A stretch of DNA of 37,302 bases, taken from contig JABMMK010000188.1 in the NCBI GenBank assembly GCA_013205605.1, positions 1-37,302 on the forward strand, written 5' to 3'. Each line of letters opens with the position of its first letter. The stretch's first letter is position 1. The stretch comes from Cytophagales bacterium. GTDB taxonomy: Bacteria > Bacteroidota > Bacteroidia > Cytophagales > Spirosomataceae. The notes beneath the pieces are model-generated. The model searched no databases, was not told the DNA's origin, and saw only the letters and a list, made by a program, of their open reading frames with translations. Below, piece by piece: positions 25,820 to 35,345 of this stretch. The position numbers and the translations under genes are program-made.

Positions 25820-26914
25820 TTATGCAGTCGCCGAGTTCATTACTTCGGTTTGTTTGCGAATGGATTCTGAGTGAATCAATTTAAACAATTCCTCTACAAA
25901 CTCAGGATATAAAGCTAAACCTTTGGCTTGATTTGCACGATCACTATGAAGTTGCTTCCAACGATCTAACTGCAAAACAGCTACATTATTATCGCGCTTG
26001 TACTCCCCTAATTTTTCAACTACGGCCATGCGAGCGGCTAAAACTTCTAATACTTCACGATCAATGTTATCAATTTTCTCACGAAGGCTAGCTAATTCAT
26101 CTGAAAAATCAGCACCATAATTGGCATTTCGTACATCCAAATCACGTAACATCTCACCCAATTTCTCCGGGGTAACTTGTTGGGACGCATCAGACCAAGC
26201 CGCATCAGGATCTCTGTGCGTCTCGATAATCATACCATCGTAATTTAAATCAAGTATTCTTTGAGATAATTCCATCAATAAAGCACGCTTTCCAGCCATG
26301 TGAGATGGATCTCCGATCAATGGCATTTGAGGGAACAAACGCTTCAACTCCACCGCCATTGCCCACATAGGTGAGTTGCGGTATTTCGTTTCTTGGGCAT
26401 TTGAAAAACCACGGTGTATCGCACCTAATTTCTTAATGCCAGAACCTTGAAGACGCTCAAATGCACCTACCCAAAGTGCTAAATCTGGATTAACTGGATT
26501 TTTAACTAATACGGGTACATCAACACCCTTAAGTGCATCAGCTAAATCTTGAACATTAAATGGATTCACCGTCGTACGGGCACCGATCCACAATACATCT
26601 ACTCCGTATTTCAAAGCCAACTCAACATGCTCAGGAGTGGCAACCTCAATAGCTAATGGCAATCCAGTTTCTTTTTTCGCCTCCACTAACCACTTCAAAG
26701 CGGGCTCTCCCATTCCTTCAAAACTACCTGGGCGCGTACGTGGTTTCCAAACCCCAGCACGCATAATATGTGCATAACCCTCCGCTTTAATGCGACGAGC
26801 TGTTTCTAATACTTGCTCTTCCGTTTCAGCTGAACATGGACCCGCAATAATAAGCGGTTTCCCTTCTGTCTGAATCCATTCCTGCATAGGAATAATGTCT
26901 AAATTGGCATTCAT
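25820..26914 (-). CDS. Bifunctional DAHP synthase (class I-beta) / chorismate mutase type II
   Basis: Motifs IAGPCSAE, KPRT, WIGARTT, DPSH; C-terminal LREKIDNIDREVLEVLAARM...ESIRKQ chorismate mutase domain. Confidence 0.93.
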   Translation of the reverse strand: MNANLDIIPMQEWIQTEGKPLIIAGPCSAETEEQVLETARRIKAEGYAHIMRAGVWKPRTRPGSFEGMGEPALKWLVEAKKETGLPLAIEVATPEHVELALKYGVDVLWIGARTTVNPFNVQDLADALKGVDVPVLVKNPVNPDLALWVGAFERLQGSGIKKLGAIHRGFSNAQETKYRNSPMWAMAVELKRLFPQMPLIGDPSHMAGKRALLMELSQRILDLNYDGMIIETHRDPDAAWSDASQQVTPEKLGEMLRDLDVRNANYGADFSDELASLREKIDNIDREVLEVLAARMAVVEKLGEYKRDNNVAVLQLDRWKQLHSDRANQAKGLALYPEFVEELFKLIHSESIRKQTEVMNSATA

Positions 26915-27001
26915 AATACTTCTTACGTTTTCAGGCAGCTTCCGCCTGTGATTTATGATTATTTATTTAATATGATACGAATATCGGTCAATATAAACTC
27001 T

Positions 27002-27009
27002 TATATTTG
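27002..27009 (+). promoter_or_regulatory. -7 promoter element (TATATTTG) for proline dehydrogenase-lspA
   Basis: Exact TAnnTTTG match 18 nt upstream of the ATG at 27028. Confidence 0.6.
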
Positions 27010-27027
27010 CAAGCAATTTTGTACCAA

Positions 27028-28224
27028 ATGACCCTAAATACTTCATCAAACGAATTGAAAAAGCTTTCCTTTGAGGACACCCACATCGCCTTTGCCTCCA
27101 AAAATAATTTAGAACTACAAAAAGCCTATTGGATTTTTGCCATAATGAATCAAAATTGGTTTGTAAAGTTAGGCACTTTTTTCATCAAATTGTTCCTTTT
27201 CCTTCATTTTCCGATCAAAAAACTGATAAAAACCACGATATTCCAACAATTCTGCGGAGGAGAATCTATTGCTGATTGTGAAAATACGATTCAAGGACTT
27301 AGGAAAGTTTCGATTGGAACCATCCTCGATTATTCAGTGGAAGGGGAAGAAAATGAAAAATCATTTCAAAAAACAAAAAATGAAATTTTAAAAACAATCG
27401 AGAAAGCGCATCAAGAACATTCGATACCTTTTGCGGTTTTTAAGGTTACTGGAATCTTTAGTTCAGAACTAATGGAACAATTCCAAATGGGTCCATTAGA
27501 CGAAGATGATGAGCCATTATTCGCTTTGAGCAAAGCATACTTACTTGAAATTTGCCAAAAGGCCTTTGACTTACAAGTAAAACTTTTCATTGATGCGGAA
27601 GAAAGTTGGATTCAAAATTCCATCGACCTCCTTGCGTATGAGATGATGGAAAAATTCAATAAAAACAGCGTTATTATTTACAATACTTTCCAAATGTATC
27701 GAGTGGATATGCTTGGAAATTTGACGAATGCCATTAAGTCGGCCAAAGACCAGCATTATTTCTTAGGGGTTAAATTGGTCCGAGGAGCCTATTTAGAAAA
27801 GGAACGCCAGCGTTCCCACGAGGAAAACTATTCAGAGCCTTTGCATAAAAACAAGCATGATACAGATCGCGATTTTAATGCGGCGGTAGATTTGTGTTTA
27901 CATAAATTGGAAACCGTTTATTTTTGTGTGGGAACGCATAATGAAGAAAGTTGTGTTCTTTTATGCGATAAGATGAATGCCTTGGGCATATCAACCAATC
28001 ACCCACAAATTCACTTTGCGCAGTTATTAGGTATGTCAGATAATATCAGTTATAATTTGGCTCATTTTGGGTATAACGTGGCCAAATATGTTCCCTACGG
28101 CCCTATTGAATCTGTGATGCCCTATTTGTTTAGACGCGCCGATGAGAACAGCTCAATTGCCGGGCAAACATCTAGGGAATTTGCCCTAATTAAAAAAGAG
28201 GTGAACAGAAGAAAATTAATATGA
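27028..28224 (+). CDS. Monofunctional proline dehydrogenase
   Basis: Motifs QFCGGE, IDAEE, GVKLVRGAY, THN, AQLLGMSD, KYVPYGP, YLFRRADEN. The listed TTG start is part of the promoter element. Confidence 0.92.
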   Translation: MTLNTSSNELKKLSFEDTHIAFASKNNLELQKAYWIFAIMNQNWFVKLGTFFIKLFLFLHFPIKKLIKTTIFQQFCGGESIADCENTIQGLRKVSIGTILDYSVEGEENEKSFQKTKNEILKTIEKAHQEHSIPFAVFKVTGIFSSELMEQFQMGPLDEDDEPLFALSKAYLLEICQKAFDLQVKLFIDAEESWIQNSIDLLAYEMMEKFNKNSVIIYNTFQMYRVDMLGNLTNAIKSAKDQHYFLGVKLVRGAYLEKERQRSHEENYSEPLHKNKHDTDRDFNAAVDLCLHKLETVYFCVGTHNEESCVLLCDKMNALGISTNHPQIHFAQLLGMSDNISYNLAHFGYNVAKYVPYGPIESVMPYLFRRADENSSIAGQTSREFALIKKEVNRRKLI

Positions 28225-28808
28225 AGCATTTTCGTTTTTTTTTATTGAGTTTTTGCGTGATTTTGGTGGATCAAGGAATTAAGATGGCCGTGCATTTTTA
28301 TATGGAGCCCGGTTATTTTGGGCAAATCGAACTCATTGGACCCTTATTTAAATTACATTATACGTTGAATCCAGGAATGGCGTTTGGGATCCAACTAGGT
28401 TCCATTTATGGCAAATTATTATTGACCAGTTTTAGAATTGTTGCCATGTTTGGTATTGGCTACTACTTATATTCGTTGACCAAAAAAAATAGCCCCATGG
28501 GTCTTTTAATCTGTGTATCACTGATTTTGGGGGGAGCCATTGGCAATTTAATTGACTCTGTTTTTTATGGGGTCTTTTTAGAAAATGCTCCCTATGGAGC
28601 CCCTATGAATTGGTTTCATGGCCAGGTGATTGACATGTTCTTTTTTGATATTTGGGAAGGTATATTGCCTACTTGGGTTCCTCTTTGGGGAGGGTCTTAT
28701 TACTCAACGCCTATTTTCAATTTTGCAGATGCGGCTATATTTTGTGGAGTTGTCGCCATCATCATTTTTCAAAACAAATTTTTTGAAGCCAATAAACCTT
28801 TAGAATAA
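28221..28808 (+). CDS. lspA: Lipoprotein signal peptidase II
   Basis: Motifs DQGIK, NPGMAFG, GGAIGNLID, VIDM, PIFNFAD. ATGA overlap with the upstream gene. Confidence 0.95.
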   Translation: MKHFRFFLLSFCVILVDQGIKMAVHFYMEPGYFGQIELIGPLFKLHYTLNPGMAFGIQLGSIYGKLLLTSFRIVAMFGIGYYLYSLTKKNSPMGLLICVSLILGGAIGNLIDSVFYGVFLENAPYGAPMNWFHGQVIDMFFFDIWEGILPTWVPLWGGSYYSTPIFNFADAAIFCGVVAIIIFQNKFFEANKPLE

Positions 28809-28839
28809 AAAAATAGACGCAATTTCTTACGTCTATTTT
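28807..28839. terminator. Intrinsic terminator between lspA and the bamA-skp operon
   Basis: Minus strand reads AAAATAGACGTAA-GAAA-TTGCGTCTATTTT followed by a T run. Confidence 0.8.
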
Positions 28840-28857
28840 ACTTGATATTTTTTTACC

Positions 28858-29481
28858 TTATTTCTTTGGAGCCGCCGGCTTTGCAGCAGGTGTAGCAGCA
28901 GGCTTAGCAGCCGCTGGAGCAGCAGCCGTTGGAGTCGCAGAAACTGGCTTAGGCGTAATGCCCATTTTCTTCAAAACTAAATCTGAAATTGCCGCTTCTG
29001 TTGGGTAGTGCAACAAAATAGGTGCCGTTCCCATACCTGCATCATAATTAAATACGTGTGTGTACGCATTTTCATTAGCTACAGCATGCATGTTTTCTTC
29101 GATTTTTTTCAACAATGGTTGCAATAATTGAGCTTGCTTTTTCTGTAAAGAAGACTGAGAATTTTGCTGGAACTCTTGAATAGAAGTTTGTAAGTTTTGT
29201 AATTCCTTCTCTTTATCTTGTTTGATAATATCGGGAGTTTTAGTATCCGCATTCAACTTTTCAAAAGCGGCTAACTTATCTTGAAATTCCTTCACTTTTC
29301 CTTGGTAGAGAGTTTCATACTGCTTTTGAGTATTTTTTAAATCTTCCTCTACTTGTTTTGCCTCAGGCATTTGGCTTAAAATATAATCAGCATTGATAAA
29401 TCCGATTTTAACTTGGGCCTTTAATGGTAATGTTGCCATACCGAACATCAGGCCTACGGCCAATAAAAATTTGTTTTTCAT
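28858..29481 (-). CDS. skp: OmpH/Skp periplasmic chaperone with Pro/Ala-rich tail
   Basis: Signal peptide, KIGFINADYILSQMPE, long coiled coil, DLVLKKMG. Lies downstream of bamA. Confidence 0.9.
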   Translation of the reverse strand: MKNKFLLAVGLMFGMATLPLKAQVKIGFINADYILSQMPEAKQVEEDLKNTQKQYETLYQGKVKEFQDKLAAFEKLNADTKTPDIIKQDKEKELQNLQTSIQEFQQNSQSSLQKKQAQLLQPLLKKIEENMHAVANENAYTHVFNYDAGMGTAPILLHYPTEAAISDLVLKKMGITPKPVSATPTAAAPAAAKPAATPAAKPAAPKK

Positions 29482-29545
29482 ACGTTGTTTTCTATTTGTT
29501 AATTGTAAAATTAGGAATGTTTATGTTAAAATAATGGGTTAATGT

Positions 29546-30085
29546 TTATTTTTTCAAATTAGGATCCAATTCTAAGCCCAATTCCTCCAATATATAATCT
29601 GAATAATCATGCACAGGATTGGTATAAATTAAAGCTAAGCCGTCATTTGCCTTGTCAAACAAGAAATCTAACCTTTTTTGTCTCACGACTTTTTCAACCG
29701 CTTTCGAAATTTCATCCAAAATAGGTTTTAAAGCATTTTTCTTTGCTTTAAATAATTCACCTTCGGCACCAAAAACAGCATTTTGAAACAATTTAGCTTC
29801 TTGATCTTTCTGTTTAATTTGCTGAAGACGTTGTTGGCGCAAATCCTCGGTCAGCAACAACTCTTCTAATTTAAATGCGCGTTCAAGAACAGTCACTTCA
29901 TCCTTTTTAGCTTCTATTTCTTTGATCCATTGTTTGGTCATTTCATCCATTTTCGCCTGTACTTTTTGGTATTCAGGCATTTTAGAAGTAATGAATTCCG
30001 TGTCAATATATCCAAATTTTTGAGCGTGGCAGGTTGGGCCAACCAACAAACTCAAACTCAACAAGAAAAAAAACATTTTTTTCAT
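29546..30085 (-). CDS. skp: OmpH/Skp periplasmic chaperone
   Basis: Signal peptide, KFGYIDTEFITSKMPEY, FGAEGELF, DFLFDK. Directly downstream of bamA. Confidence 0.9.
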   Translation of the reverse strand: MKKMFFFLLSLSLLVGPTCHAQKFGYIDTEFITSKMPEYQKVQAKMDEMTKQWIKEIEAKKDEVTVLERAFKLEELLLTEDLRQQRLQQIKQKDQEAKLFQNAVFGAEGELFKAKKNALKPILDEISKAVEKVVRQKRLDFLFDKANDGLALIYTNPVHDYSDYILEELGLELDPNLKK

Positions 30086-30101
30086 GTGCCAATTAATTTG
30101 C

Positions 30102-32804
30102 TTATCTGATTTGTTGGCCTATAGAGAACGTAAACGCCTGGCGACCAAAATCTGAATCACCCGGTCTTGGTTTGTCAAATCCAAATCCGTAATCAATTCC
30201 AATCATACCAAAAGCTGGCATAAAAATACGTGCTCCAAATCCTGCTGCTTTGTACAAATTAAAGGGATTATATTCCTTTAAGCTTGAGAAGTTGTTTCCT
30301 CCTTCAGCAAAACCTAGTACAAATATCGTGGCTGATGGATTCAAAGAAACAGGATAACGAACCTCCATGACAAACTTGTTATAAGCTACTCCTCCATTTC
30401 CATAAGATCCAGATGGTCCAATTACTCGGTCCTTATATCCTCTTAAACCCACGATATCACGATTAAATGAGAAACCTTGAACCATTCCAGAACCTCCTAA
30501 ATCAAAACGCTCAAACCGCGTTGTTTCCCGGCCTCCATAAGAACCTAAAAATCCTAAGTGGGCCCGGGTATGTAGCACAAATTTACCTACTAGCGGACTG
30601 AACCAACTGGCATCCATCATCCATTTATGGTATTCAATGAGTGTACCTGATTCATTAGCACCGAATAATGAAAAGGGAGGTGTAAGCGAACCTGTTAAAG
30701 AAAAACTGGATCCCATACGAGCAAAAGTAGGGTTATCAATACTATTTCTAGAGAAATTAGTCATAAATGTAATCGAAGTCGACATCCCCTGTGGATAAGC
30801 CCAAGTATAATAGCGGTCAACATCATATTGTGAAAATGCCAAAGAATGACTCAAAGAAAAATAATCATCCGGCCATTTCAATCGCTTTCCTAAACTAAAC
30901 GTAATACTATTCACATTAAAGTGAGCATCCAATAAGGAATCCGGCACTGAATAATTACTCATTCCGCCACCATAGCCCCCATAGCCTCCGCCACCATAAC
31001 CTCCATAGCCACCTCCCCCATAACCACCACCAAATCCACCACCACCATAACCTCCGCCATAGCCACCTCCACCATAACCATTGCCATAACCACCAGCACC
31101 CCCACCGGTATCTCTGAACTGATAAGGATATGAAATACTTCGATTCAACGAGATAGAAAATGAATTAGGTTTCTTGCCACCCAACCAAGGTTCGGTAAAA
31201 GTCAATGAATAATTTTGGAAGGCCGCGCCATTCGCTTGGAAACGAACTGAAAGCTTTTGGCCATCACCCGCTGGCAAAGGTCGCCAAGCAGATAAATTCG
31301 TTAAATTCTTCGCTGAAAAGTTATTGAAAACAACCCCCAGAGTTCCCACAAAACCGATGTATCCACCCCAACCCCCTGATAATTCTATTTGGTCTGAAGG
31401 CTTCTCCTCCACATTGTATTCAATATCCACTGTTCCATCTGGACGTGGCATCGGATTAGGTGATATTTTCTCCGGATTAAAATAACCAATCGTCGAAAGC
31501 TCTCTGACCGTACGAATAATGGCTGATTTATTAAACTTCTGACCCGGTAATGTCCGAATCTCTCGCATCACCACATGATCGGAAGTTTTTGTATTCCCAT
31601 TCAGAATAACCTTATTAATAGTCGCTTGCTTTCCCTCTGAAATACGGATCGTTAAATCGATCGAATCTCCTTCAATCGCAGTTTCAATAGGCTCTGCATT
31701 GTAATACAAATACCCATTATCCATGTACACGGAACTTAAATCCTCTCCCGGATTTTGATTCATTTTTTTGTCTAATTCCTCCGTATTATAAATATCTCCC
31801 TTCTTGATTCCTATCACATCTTTCAATACAGAATCCGGATAAATATAATTTCCCTCAAAGGAAATACTTCGGTAATAATATTTTTTCCCTTGCGTTAAAT
31901 TAATGGTTAAGTTAATCGACTCATCATCAAACCTGGCAATGGAATCAGACTTAATTTGAAAATCTCGGAAGCCTAATTTATTCATGGCGGCTAACAATTT
32001 TTCCTTGTCCTCATCCCACTTTTTAGGCACAAATTTGGAAGGTTTAAAGATCCGTCCAAACCTTCTTTCCTTCGTATTTTTAATTTTCCTCAAAATCAAA
32101 TTACGTGCATCTGGTTCTATTCCAGTTAAAAATATTTTATTCACTTTCACTTTCTCCCCCTTCACTACGTTGACCATTAATGTGGCATTATTTCCACGCA
32201 AGGTATCGGTCTTAATGACTGATTGGGTCTTGATGTTTAATCGGCCTTTCTCCTGATAAAATTTACGAATGGCTAACTCCAAATTCTTACGAAGCGTTTC
32301 TGTGATGATCTTTCCCTTATACGTTTTTACCTTTTCGTTTAAACTCTCCTGCTCCCCTTTTCTAACACCCGTATATTGGATCGCATACAACCTAGGTCGC
32401 TCTTTTAAAATAATACTTAACCAAATTTTAGTCCCCTCCGTTTTGGTGGCATAAATCTCCACTTCCTCCAAAATTCCTTGATCCATAATCTTGCGAATCG
32501 CAGAAGCAATCATATCCCCCGGCACCTTAATTTTATCTCCTACCTGCAAACCCGAGATGTTGATCATGGAATTCCCATCATAAAATTGAGAACCTGAAAC
32601 CGTGATTTCAGCAATCTCATACTCCGTAGGTGTGGCATAAGAAAAAGTCGGCTCGGCAACCGCAGGACTGGTCGAAAACAACCTTCCACCTAATACTTGT
32701 GCTTCGGATACCCTCGGGACAGAAAATATACTCACCAAGAAAAATAGAAATAAACGATATTTCTTCACCTGATGGATTGCTTGTAAATAAACTATATTTT
32801 TCAT
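30102..32804 (-). CDS. bamA: Outer membrane protein assembly factor BamA
   Basis: POTRA repeats (GNTKTSDHVVMRE), barrel start DQIELSGGWGG, FTEPWLGG, LRGY loop-6 motif, C-terminal FSIGQQIR. uppS-bamA-skp-skp synteny. Confidence 0.96.
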   Translation of the reverse strand: MKNIVYLQAIHQVKKYRLFLFFLVSIFSVPRVSEAQVLGGRLFSTSPAVAEPTFSYATPTEYEIAEITVSGSQFYDGNSMINISGLQVGDKIKVPGDMIASAIRKIMDQGILEEVEIYATKTEGTKIWLSIILKERPRLYAIQYTGVRKGEQESLNEKVKTYKGKIITETLRKNLELAIRKFYQEKGRLNIKTQSVIKTDTLRGNNATLMVNVVKGEKVKVNKIFLTGIEPDARNLILRKIKNTKERRFGRIFKPSKFVPKKWDEDKEKLLAAMNKLGFRDFQIKSDSIARFDDESINLTINLTQGKKYYYRSISFEGNYIYPDSVLKDVIGIKKGDIYNTEELDKKMNQNPGEDLSSVYMDNGYLYYNAEPIETAIEGDSIDLTIRISEGKQATINKVILNGNTKTSDHVVMREIRTLPGQKFNKSAIIRTVRELSTIGYFNPEKISPNPMPRPDGTVDIEYNVEEKPSDQIELSGGWGGYIGFVGTLGVVFNNFSAKNLTNLSAWRPLPAGDGQKLSVRFQANGAAFQNYSLTFTEPWLGGKKPNSFSISLNRSISYPYQFRDTGGGAGGYGNGYGGGGYGGGYGGGGFGGGYGGGGYGGYGGGGYGGYGGGMSNYSVPDSLLDAHFNVNSITFSLGKRLKWPDDYFSLSHSLAFSQYDVDRYYTWAYPQGMSTSITFMTNFSRNSIDNPTFARMGSSFSLTGSLTPPFSLFGANESGTLIEYHKWMMDASWFSPLVGKFVLHTRAHLGFLGSYGGRETTRFERFDLGGSGMVQGFSFNRDIVGLRGYKDRVIGPSGSYGNGGVAYNKFVMEVRYPVSLNPSATIFVLGFAEGGNNFSSLKEYNPFNLYKAAGFGARIFMPAFGMIGIDYGFGFDKPRPGDSDFGRQAFTFSIGQQIR
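30963..31106 (-). repeat. Degenerate (GG[G][G]Y)n low-complexity coding repeat within bamA
   Basis: 48 codons: 36 Gly, 9 Tyr, 1 Phe, 1 Ala, 1 Asn. Confidence 0.95.
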
Positions 32805-32813
32805 AAATGAGCC

Positions 32814-33581
32814 TTAGCCCTCGCTTTTAACTTGTTCACTTGTTTTACCAAACCTCCGCTCTCGCATTTGAAAATCAACAATCGCTTGATGCAAATGAAG
32901 TTTTCTAAAATCTGGCCAATATAAATCTTCAAAAATATACAACTCCGCATAGGCCAATTGCCACAGCATAAAATTACTTATCCGATGATCGCCACCCGTG
33001 CGAATCATTAAATCAGGATCTGGCATTCCTGCCGTCGATAAATGAGAGGCCAATAAATCAGCGTCAATCTCCGAACTGTCCAACTCACCCGCCGCCACCT
33101 TTTGGGCCAAAGCCTGGGTAGCCTGCACCAAATCCCATTTCCCTGAATACGAAAGGGCCAAAACTAAGGTCAATCCCGTATTTTCAGCCGTCTGGTCGAT
33201 CGCCGCCGCCAACTCCTTCTGAGAATTAGCCGGCATAGAAGCTATATCTCCTATCGCTTTCAAACGAACTTTATTCTTCATCATCGTAGGCAATTCATCA
33301 TGAATCGTACCTATCAACAAACTCATCAACGCCCTCACTTCCGATTGCGGACGATTCCAATTCTCCGTAGAGAATGCATACAATGTCAAATAATCAACAC
33401 CCAATTCCCCACAACCCTCAATCGTTTCCCGAACCGCAGAAATCGCATTGCGATGTCCGAATATCCGATCTTTAAATCCTTGCTGTTTGGCCCAACGACC
33501 ATTCCCGTCCATAATGACAGCGATATGCGCTGGCAAATTGTTTAGGTCAATGGCATCTTTTATATTTTGGTCCACAGTCAA
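32814..33581 (-). CDS. uppS: Undecaprenyl diphosphate synthase (isoprenyl transferase)
   Basis: Motifs HIAVIMDGNGRWA, YAFSTENWNRP, DLMIRTGG, RISNFMLWQLAYAE, RERRFG. Confidence 0.97.
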   Translation of the reverse strand: MTVDQNIKDAIDLNNLPAHIAVIMDGNGRWAKQQGFKDRIFGHRNAISAVRETIEGCGELGVDYLTLYAFSTENWNRPQSEVRALMSLLIGTIHDELPTMMKNKVRLKAIGDIASMPANSQKELAAAIDQTAENTGLTLVLALSYSGKWDLVQATQALAQKVAAGELDSSEIDADLLASHLSTAGMPDPDLMIRTGGDHRISNFMLWQLAYAELYIFEDLYWPDFRKLHLHQAIVDFQMRERRFGKTSEQVKSEG

Positions 33582-33608
33582 TGGTAATTCAAGCTATCAA
33601 ATAAGAGG

Positions 33609-33639
33609 CAAAGGTAGCTAATTCACAACCTTATTCAAA
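33609..33639 (-). promoter_or_regulatory. Primary-sigma promoter of uppS-bamA-skp-skp (TTTG-N19-TACCTTTG)
   Basis: Full consensus: -33 TTTG at 33636-33639 and -7 at 33609-33616. Confidence 0.75.
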
Positions 33640-33651
33640 GTAATTATTCGC

Positions 33652-34329
33652 TTATTCCTTAGGGCAAAAGATAGAAGTAATTGAATAGGTAAACATCAAT
33701 GAAGAATTTAAAAACTGGTCGCCCTGTGAAAAAGAAATTTTATCCGTTGACCCTCCAATTGAAGGCATTCCGTCGATAACATCCGTTAAAACCTTACTCG
33801 TCCCAAACTCAAATTGCACTCCCCAAGCTGGATTAATTTGATACTTCACTCCTATCCCATACGGAATAGAAAAGGTGAAAAAAGTCATCGGATTAGGAAT
33901 CGAGCCTGTTGGACTCACAAACATCCCAGAAAAACCCCCATATAAATAAGGCGTCCAATTTTTGATCTTTCGATTACTTTGATAATCCAAAAAATTATAT
34001 TCCGTTATTAACGAAAGGTCAATTAAAGGACTAGAAAAAGTCTTTGTCGAGTAGCCAATTACAGGTAATGGATTTAGGCTTCCGTCACCTTGCAAGGATG
34101 AAAAATTAAATTTGGCCCGATACGCAAAAGCATTTTTTTCCTGATAACGTACTTGAAAATTCACCGAAGGAGACATTTTTTTCAATTGAGCCGCATTGGG
34201 AGCCAAGTGCCAATCCAATAAATCGCCTTTATATACCACAGCGCCAGGACCCGCCGCAAATTGCCAACGCTGTCCAAAAACAAGAACAGAAATGAAAACC
34301 AATAAACTTGTGAGAAGTATTTTAGGCAC
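33652..34329 (-). CDS. DUF6089 / PorG-like small outer-membrane beta-barrel protein
   Basis: GTG start, signal peptide, motifs YKGDL, EYNFLDY, WTPYLYGG, IPYGIGVKY, TDVIDG. Directly upstream of uppS-bamA. Confidence 0.8.
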   Translation of the reverse strand: MPKILLTSLLVFISVLVFGQRWQFAAGPGAVVYKGDLLDWHLAPNAAQLKKMSPSVNFQVRYQEKNAFAYRAKFNFSSLQGDGSLNPLPVIGYSTKTFSSPLIDLSLITEYNFLDYQSNRKIKNWTPYLYGGFSGMFVSPTGSIPNPMTFFTFSIPYGIGVKYQINPAWGVQFEFGTSKVLTDVIDGMPSIGGSTDKISFSQGDQFLNSSLMFTYSITSIFCPKE

Positions 34330-34341
34330 AGGAATCGATCA

Positions 34342-35265
34342 TTAATTCGGCAAAGGCGGACAATCAATCTTATTCTTAATGTGGTATATCAATCGAATCT
34401 GCGTGGTAAAATACTGATCCGGTCCTGTGGAATAAATAGGTACCGTAGAGGTGGTAGACAATGGAATCCTGTTAACTAAGGTATTCGCTGCAAATGCTTC
34501 TCCGGAGCGGATAAAATAAATACTCGGAGATGTCAGCACATTGGGTCGGTCATCCGACACATCATCCAAATAATCCGATAAGGAAACTCGGTATCCAAAA
34601 TCAAAGCCCAAATCCATTTGAGCCCCTATTTTATATCGAAAGCCAAATCCAAAGGGAATGGAAATATTAACCAACGAATACATAGCCCCTTCAATATTTT
34701 CAAGCTGTAAGTCTTGCCAAGATTGTAAACTTGGAGTTCCAGGAACTAAGCTTGGATCCTTCCTTGCCACTGGATTATGCGTAAATCCAGCCACACCCAG
34801 ATATAAGTATGGTGATAATAAAGGACGCTTAGATAAATTTTCTGCATTGCCCATCGGTTCGTAAACAGCACTCACCGAAAGCTCCTTAAGATCATTTCTA
34901 AAATGTAGATTTCGATAATAATTACCTTCAAAAGCACCCGTAGAAGAAAAATAATTATCATCTCCAGCGATTCGAATATAACTTACTTGAATATTTCCAC
35001 TAAAATACTTGCTTAAATGGCGGGTATACTGAAGCCCTACATTCCAACGCATGGTTTGGGCTGCGACCGAAAAAAGGCCAGCCGCAGGTACTAAATCACC
35101 CAAATAATTAGACGATCCAGCTCCAAAACTAACGGAAGAGTGTGGCTTAAAAGGCATTCCCTCGTAACGTTCTTTGGCTTTTTGGCCCAAAAACCAAAAC
35201 TGTGCCTCCGCAGAATATGCGGCTAAAATAATAAGCGCAAATGATAAGTAAACTGATCGAATCAT
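34342..35265 (-). CDS. DUF6089 family outer-membrane beta-barrel protein (longer paralog)
   Basis: Signal peptide, motifs NYLGDL, RNLHFRN, SPYLYLG, IPFGFGFRY, SDYLDDVS, D.YF. Same motif order as the adjacent gene. Confidence 0.78.
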   Translation of the reverse strand: MIRSVYLSFALIILAAYSAEAQFWFLGQKAKERYEGMPFKPHSSVSFGAGSSNYLGDLVPAAGLFSVAAQTMRWNVGLQYTRHLSKYFSGNIQVSYIRIAGDDNYFSSTGAFEGNYYRNLHFRNDLKELSVSAVYEPMGNAENLSKRPLLSPYLYLGVAGFTHNPVARKDPSLVPGTPSLQSWQDLQLENIEGAMYSLVNISIPFGFGFRYKIGAQMDLGFDFGYRVSLSDYLDDVSDDRPNVLTSPSIYFIRSGEAFAANTLVNRIPLSTTSTVPIYSTGPDQYFTTQIRLIYHIKNKIDCPPLPN

Positions 35266-35345
35266 GTAATTCCTACATTTAATATTATACCATCAAACGA
35301 CAAGCATTTAAAAATGTTGTGCACGTTCAACCACGAAGATACAAA

